From positions 185 to 64,184 of IMG/VR virus record IMGVR_UViG_3300033128_000027: 64,000 bases of DNA. One strand, written 5' to 3'. The position numbers were made by a program, and so were the translations under genes. Source of the stretch: a virus. The notes under the pieces were generated by a model that worked only from the letters and a program-made list of their open reading frames with translations, did not search any database and was not told the DNA's origin. Positions 61,217 to 64,000 of the stretch are shown one piece after another; positions within the stretch are counted from its first letter, which is position 1, and every line of letters begins with the position of its first letter.

Positions 61217-61507
61217 TTGATCATGACGGTTCAAATTGGTTCTGGTTTTATGGGTGCAGAAGATATCCTTACCTCTACAGAAAATACAGAAATTGTACCT
61301 CCAACAGACGAAAAATGGATAAATGTTAAATTTAGTTTTTATAAGTTTTCTTTTAAGAATTATCAAGATTGTCATATAGTTGTTAACGGCTCTAGACAAT
61401 TTAGAGAAGCTGGGCAAGGTTTTACTTCCAATGAGGTTGATCCTAAAATATATAGTTTCAAAATAGAGGAGCCTGGAATTCAGTATATTTGGTCTGCTGC
61501 ATACTAG
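61217..61507 (+). CDS. Hypothetical protein (96 aa)
   Basis: AGGAGG RBS. Confidence 0.7.
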   Translation: MIMTVQIGSGFMGAEDILTSTENTEIVPPTDEKWINVKFSFYKFSFKNYQDCHIVVNGSRQFREAGQGFTSNEVDPKIYSFKIEEPGIQYIWSAAY

Positions 61508-61523
61508 CAAAGGAGGTGAATTT

Positions 61524-62882
61524 ATGTCTGGTTTTTATTTAGACCCTAACAATTCAGATTCAAAAATAAAAAATATTAATAAAAAGATCGAAGGGTTTAT
61601 CTCTTTAGAAATGTTTGGCGCTAAAATCGATGAAGAATCACCTGGTTATGATAGTACTGCAGCATTCATTAAAGCAATTAACTTTTTCAACGGAGGAAGT
61701 GGAAAATTAAAGCTTTCGAAAGGCACATATAACTTTTCAAGTCAGTTAAATTTAGGAGGAATAATCCTTGAAGGTTCAGGGATACAAGCCACTAAGTTAA
61801 GACTTACTAAATCATTAGGCACTAACGTTCCAGCTATAATTACCAACCCTAGTACTTTACGAAGAGAATGTACCTTAAGAGATTTTAGTTTAGTTGGTAA
61901 AGGCAGTTGGGTCATTGGCACTAAAAATGCTAATGGTGATGGTATACAAATTATAGGTTCACAAAAGATTGAAAATGTTCGAGTTGAGCGGTTTGATAAA
62001 GGTGTAATAATAGATACAATTGGTGGTCATTGTAGTTTAGTGAACGTTAAAAGTACCAATAATTTTTACAATCTATTCATACAAAAGGATAATGGAGATA
62101 ATTTTTATTTTGACTGTGATTTTTCAGGTGCTCAAATGGCAAGTATTGGGATTTCTTCTGACGCGAATATGTCTGGTGGAGGCACTATCCTTAGAACTCA
62201 TGTAGGATTTGCTCCTTATGGAATATATCAGGAACAGGGAACAGCTACAAATAAAGATTTTTTAGTAGATGTATTATTTGATCACGTAAGATTTGAATCT
62301 ATCGGTAATGCTGCCATATACACTGAACAGTACTCCAATATAAACGGAAGTGGCATAAGTAATTCAAAATTTATTGATGTTGGTTTTTCATGGAATTCAT
62401 CTTATAAAATCCAATCAAGAGTCGCAGAATCATCGGTGGTCGTGGGATACTGTCATGATGTTATAATATACGAACCAGGACTTAATCCTTTTAAAGGAAA
62501 TGGTTCTAATAAAGCTTTTAAGATAGCACAAAATACTGCACGTTGGATTGGTAAATTCAATGTATCTGACTTCCCATTTACCAATTTGCTATATCCAAAC
62601 GACATTACAATTAAATCTCTTAATGGGAGCACTTCGGGTAGTATGAGATTGCACCAAAGTATCGCAAGTCCTGATATTAAAACATACGTAGTTAGACTAT
62701 CGAACTTTAAACATGATGCAGATGCCAACCTTACCTTATCATTTGATATCCCGTTTGTAACTAACCCGTATATTCTAAATCCAACCGACATCCCAATATC
62801 TGTTACTCGAAATGATATCACTATTTCTAAAATAGCTTCGGGCTTGGTTTACAATTCTAATATTATTATTCAAGGGGTTTAA
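61524..62882 (+). CDS. Pectate-lyase-like beta-helix protein
   Basis: LEMFGAK...DSTAAFIKAI...LSKGTY...GSG. Confidence 0.78.
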   Translation: MSGFYLDPNNSDSKIKNINKKIEGFISLEMFGAKIDEESPGYDSTAAFIKAINFFNGGSGKLKLSKGTYNFSSQLNLGGIILEGSGIQATKLRLTKSLGTNVPAIITNPSTLRRECTLRDFSLVGKGSWVIGTKNANGDGIQIIGSQKIENVRVERFDKGVIIDTIGGHCSLVNVKSTNNFYNLFIQKDNGDNFYFDCDFSGAQMASIGISSDANMSGGGTILRTHVGFAPYGIYQEQGTATNKDFLVDVLFDHVRFESIGNAAIYTEQYSNINGSGISNSKFIDVGFSWNSSYKIQSRVAESSVVVGYCHDVIIYEPGLNPFKGNGSNKAFKIAQNTARWIGKFNVSDFPFTNLLYPNDITIKSLNGSTSGSMRLHQSIASPDIKTYVVRLSNFKHDADANLTLSFDIPFVTNPYILNPTDIPISVTRNDITISKIASGLVYNSNIIIQGV

Positions 62883-62953
62883 TTTAAAAAACATTGGATA
62901 ATATTGGTTAGACCATTGTATAATTATTGTATTAACCAAAGGGGTGGTATGAA

Positions 62954-63703
62954 TTGAAAATTGTTTCTTGTGGGGACTCTATTACCCAAGGTCTAGGGGT
63001 TAGTGATCATTCGTACATTGATTTAATTGCTCAAAAATTCAACAATATTGCTAATTTGGAAACAGAATTGTTTAATTTCGCAGGAAGTGCTATGCAAATT
63101 AAAGAATCTGCTTATAAGCTTGAAGATATTATATCTTTAAATCCTAACTATGTATTTGTTATGCATGGGATAACTGAATCAATTGTTCGTCCTACTAATA
63201 ATTCTTTGAAATTTATGCCTAAAAAATATAGAAAAATTGGTTGGTTAGACCCAAGACCGTATTTTTCTTCAAAATTATTTAAAGGTAAATATCAAAAAAT
63301 AGAGTCTGCTCTTAGATGGAGAGTCAAGAATAAATTGATTGAATACGATGGTGGGATGCAATTGACTCCACTGGAAGACTTTAAGATTTACTTTAGTCAG
63401 TTTATTGAGAGTTTGGTTAATAATACTAAAGCAGATATTATTCTCGTATCACATTGTGGTATAGATGAACGTTATTATCCCTGCTCCCTCTCTTCTTTGG
63501 AAAAATACAAGGGATGGATTTTTGATTATTTTACTAAATTCGAGAATAGAATAAAGCTTGTAGATGTATCAATTCTTTTAAATAAATGGGACGATTATTT
63601 TTCTGATCACTTCCACCCTAATCAAAGCGGTCATGAAAAAATTGCTGATTACATTTACGATACTATATCGCTTCAATCATTAGATTTAGTTACAAATTTA
63701 TGA
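62954..63703 (+). CDS. SGNH/GDSL hydrolase
   Basis: GDSITQG block I, DHFHPN block V; TATAAT upstream. Confidence 0.88.
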   Translation: MKIVSCGDSITQGLGVSDHSYIDLIAQKFNNIANLETELFNFAGSAMQIKESAYKLEDIISLNPNYVFVMHGITESIVRPTNNSLKFMPKKYRKIGWLDPRPYFSSKLFKGKYQKIESALRWRVKNKLIEYDGGMQLTPLEDFKIYFSQFIESLVNNTKADIILVSHCGIDERYYPCSLSSLEKYKGWIFDYFTKFENRIKLVDVSILLNKWDDYFSDHFHPNQSGHEKIADYIYDTISLQSLDLVTNL

Positions 63704-63732
63704 GTTCTCTATTTGTTTAGAGAACTCTTTTT
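63702..63732. terminator. Terminator between convergent genes
   Basis: GAGTTCTCTA / TAGAGAACTC then T run. Confidence 0.75.
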
Positions 63733-63736
63733 GTCA

Positions 63737-64000
63737 TTAAATTATTTTGAATTTTCTTAGCAGCGAGACATAGGTGTTTCCTTGCTGTTTTGGAAGTATT
63801 ATTGGTCTCTGTATATTTCCAATTACATATTTTCCATAAGGTAGTTTGTTAAATATTATAGCTACTAGTATGGACGTAGATAGAGCTATTAAAAATATAA
63901 ACATTGTAAACAGATATATATTTAAAAACGAAAGTTTATTTATTAGAGGACTTAGTACATTGATTAATGCAATATGTAATAAGTATATACTAAATGAACA
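63737..64000 (-). CDS. Acyltransferase-3 family membrane protein, C-terminal part (start beyond window; not in ORF track)
   Basis: Manual translation CSFSIYLLHIALINVL...ILVAIIFNKLPYGKYVIG...KFKII*; SFxIYLxH and KLPYGKYVIG are typical AT3 C-terminal motifs. Confidence 0.78.
   Translation of the reverse strand, partial: CSFSIYLLHIALINVLSPLINKLSFLNIYLFTMFIFLIALSTSILVAIIFNKLPYGKYVIGNIQRPIILPKQQGNTYVSLLRKFKII

Larger units (their letters stand above)
1..64000. mobile_element. SPbeta-like large temperate phage (prophage or phage-plasmid), interior segment
   Basis: Gene order YonO RNAP - YonK - YonJ - terminase - portal - capsid - tail tube - tyrosine recombinase - tape measure - Dit - Tal - spike - holin matches B. 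subtilis SPbeta; no host housekeeping genes seen. Confidence 0.93.

Noticed and set aside
1-64000. tRNA or rRNA genes, inteins, reverse transcriptase or diversity-generating retroelement
   Set aside because: No cloverleaf, intein or RT motifs and no template/variable repeat pair noticed by eye; tRNAscan-SE and Infernal were not run

Overview
The whole window (AT-rich) is an interior segment of a large SPbeta-like temperate phage of a Bacillus-group host. No integrase/att site, tRNA or CRISPR array was seen. The left arm (1-14.9 kb, mostly minus strand) carries small regulators, a ~1 kb non-coding region dense in TATCG motifs, an HNH endonuclease, a UvrD/PcrA helicase, a pilin-like/ATPase membrane module and a TubZ/TubR partition operon flanked by two similar 50-bp centromere-like arrays, which suggests a phage-plasmid lifestyle. 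The right arm (15-64 kb, plus strand) follows SPbeta gene order: GIY-YIG endonuclease, YonO-like single-subunit RNA polymerase (catalytic motif DFDYD), PhoH, YonK/YonJ, terminase, portal, head and tail genes, YomM-like recombinase, tape measure, Dit, Tal, tail spike and holin-like gene, then a cluster of depolymerase/esterase genes and the 3' end of an acyltransferase-3 gene. Best leads: (1) a solo PemK/MazF-fold toxin followed by a promoter-driven non-coding RNA with three covarying GAAGGG...CCAGC repeats, a candidate RNA antitoxin; (2) two ORF-less group I introns splitting the tape-measure gene around a 150-nt exon; (3) TubZR with twin tubC-like arrays; (4) a GH25 muramidase fused to the N-terminus of the Tal protein. 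All family calls come from motif recognition and synteny by eye; no database searches were run.
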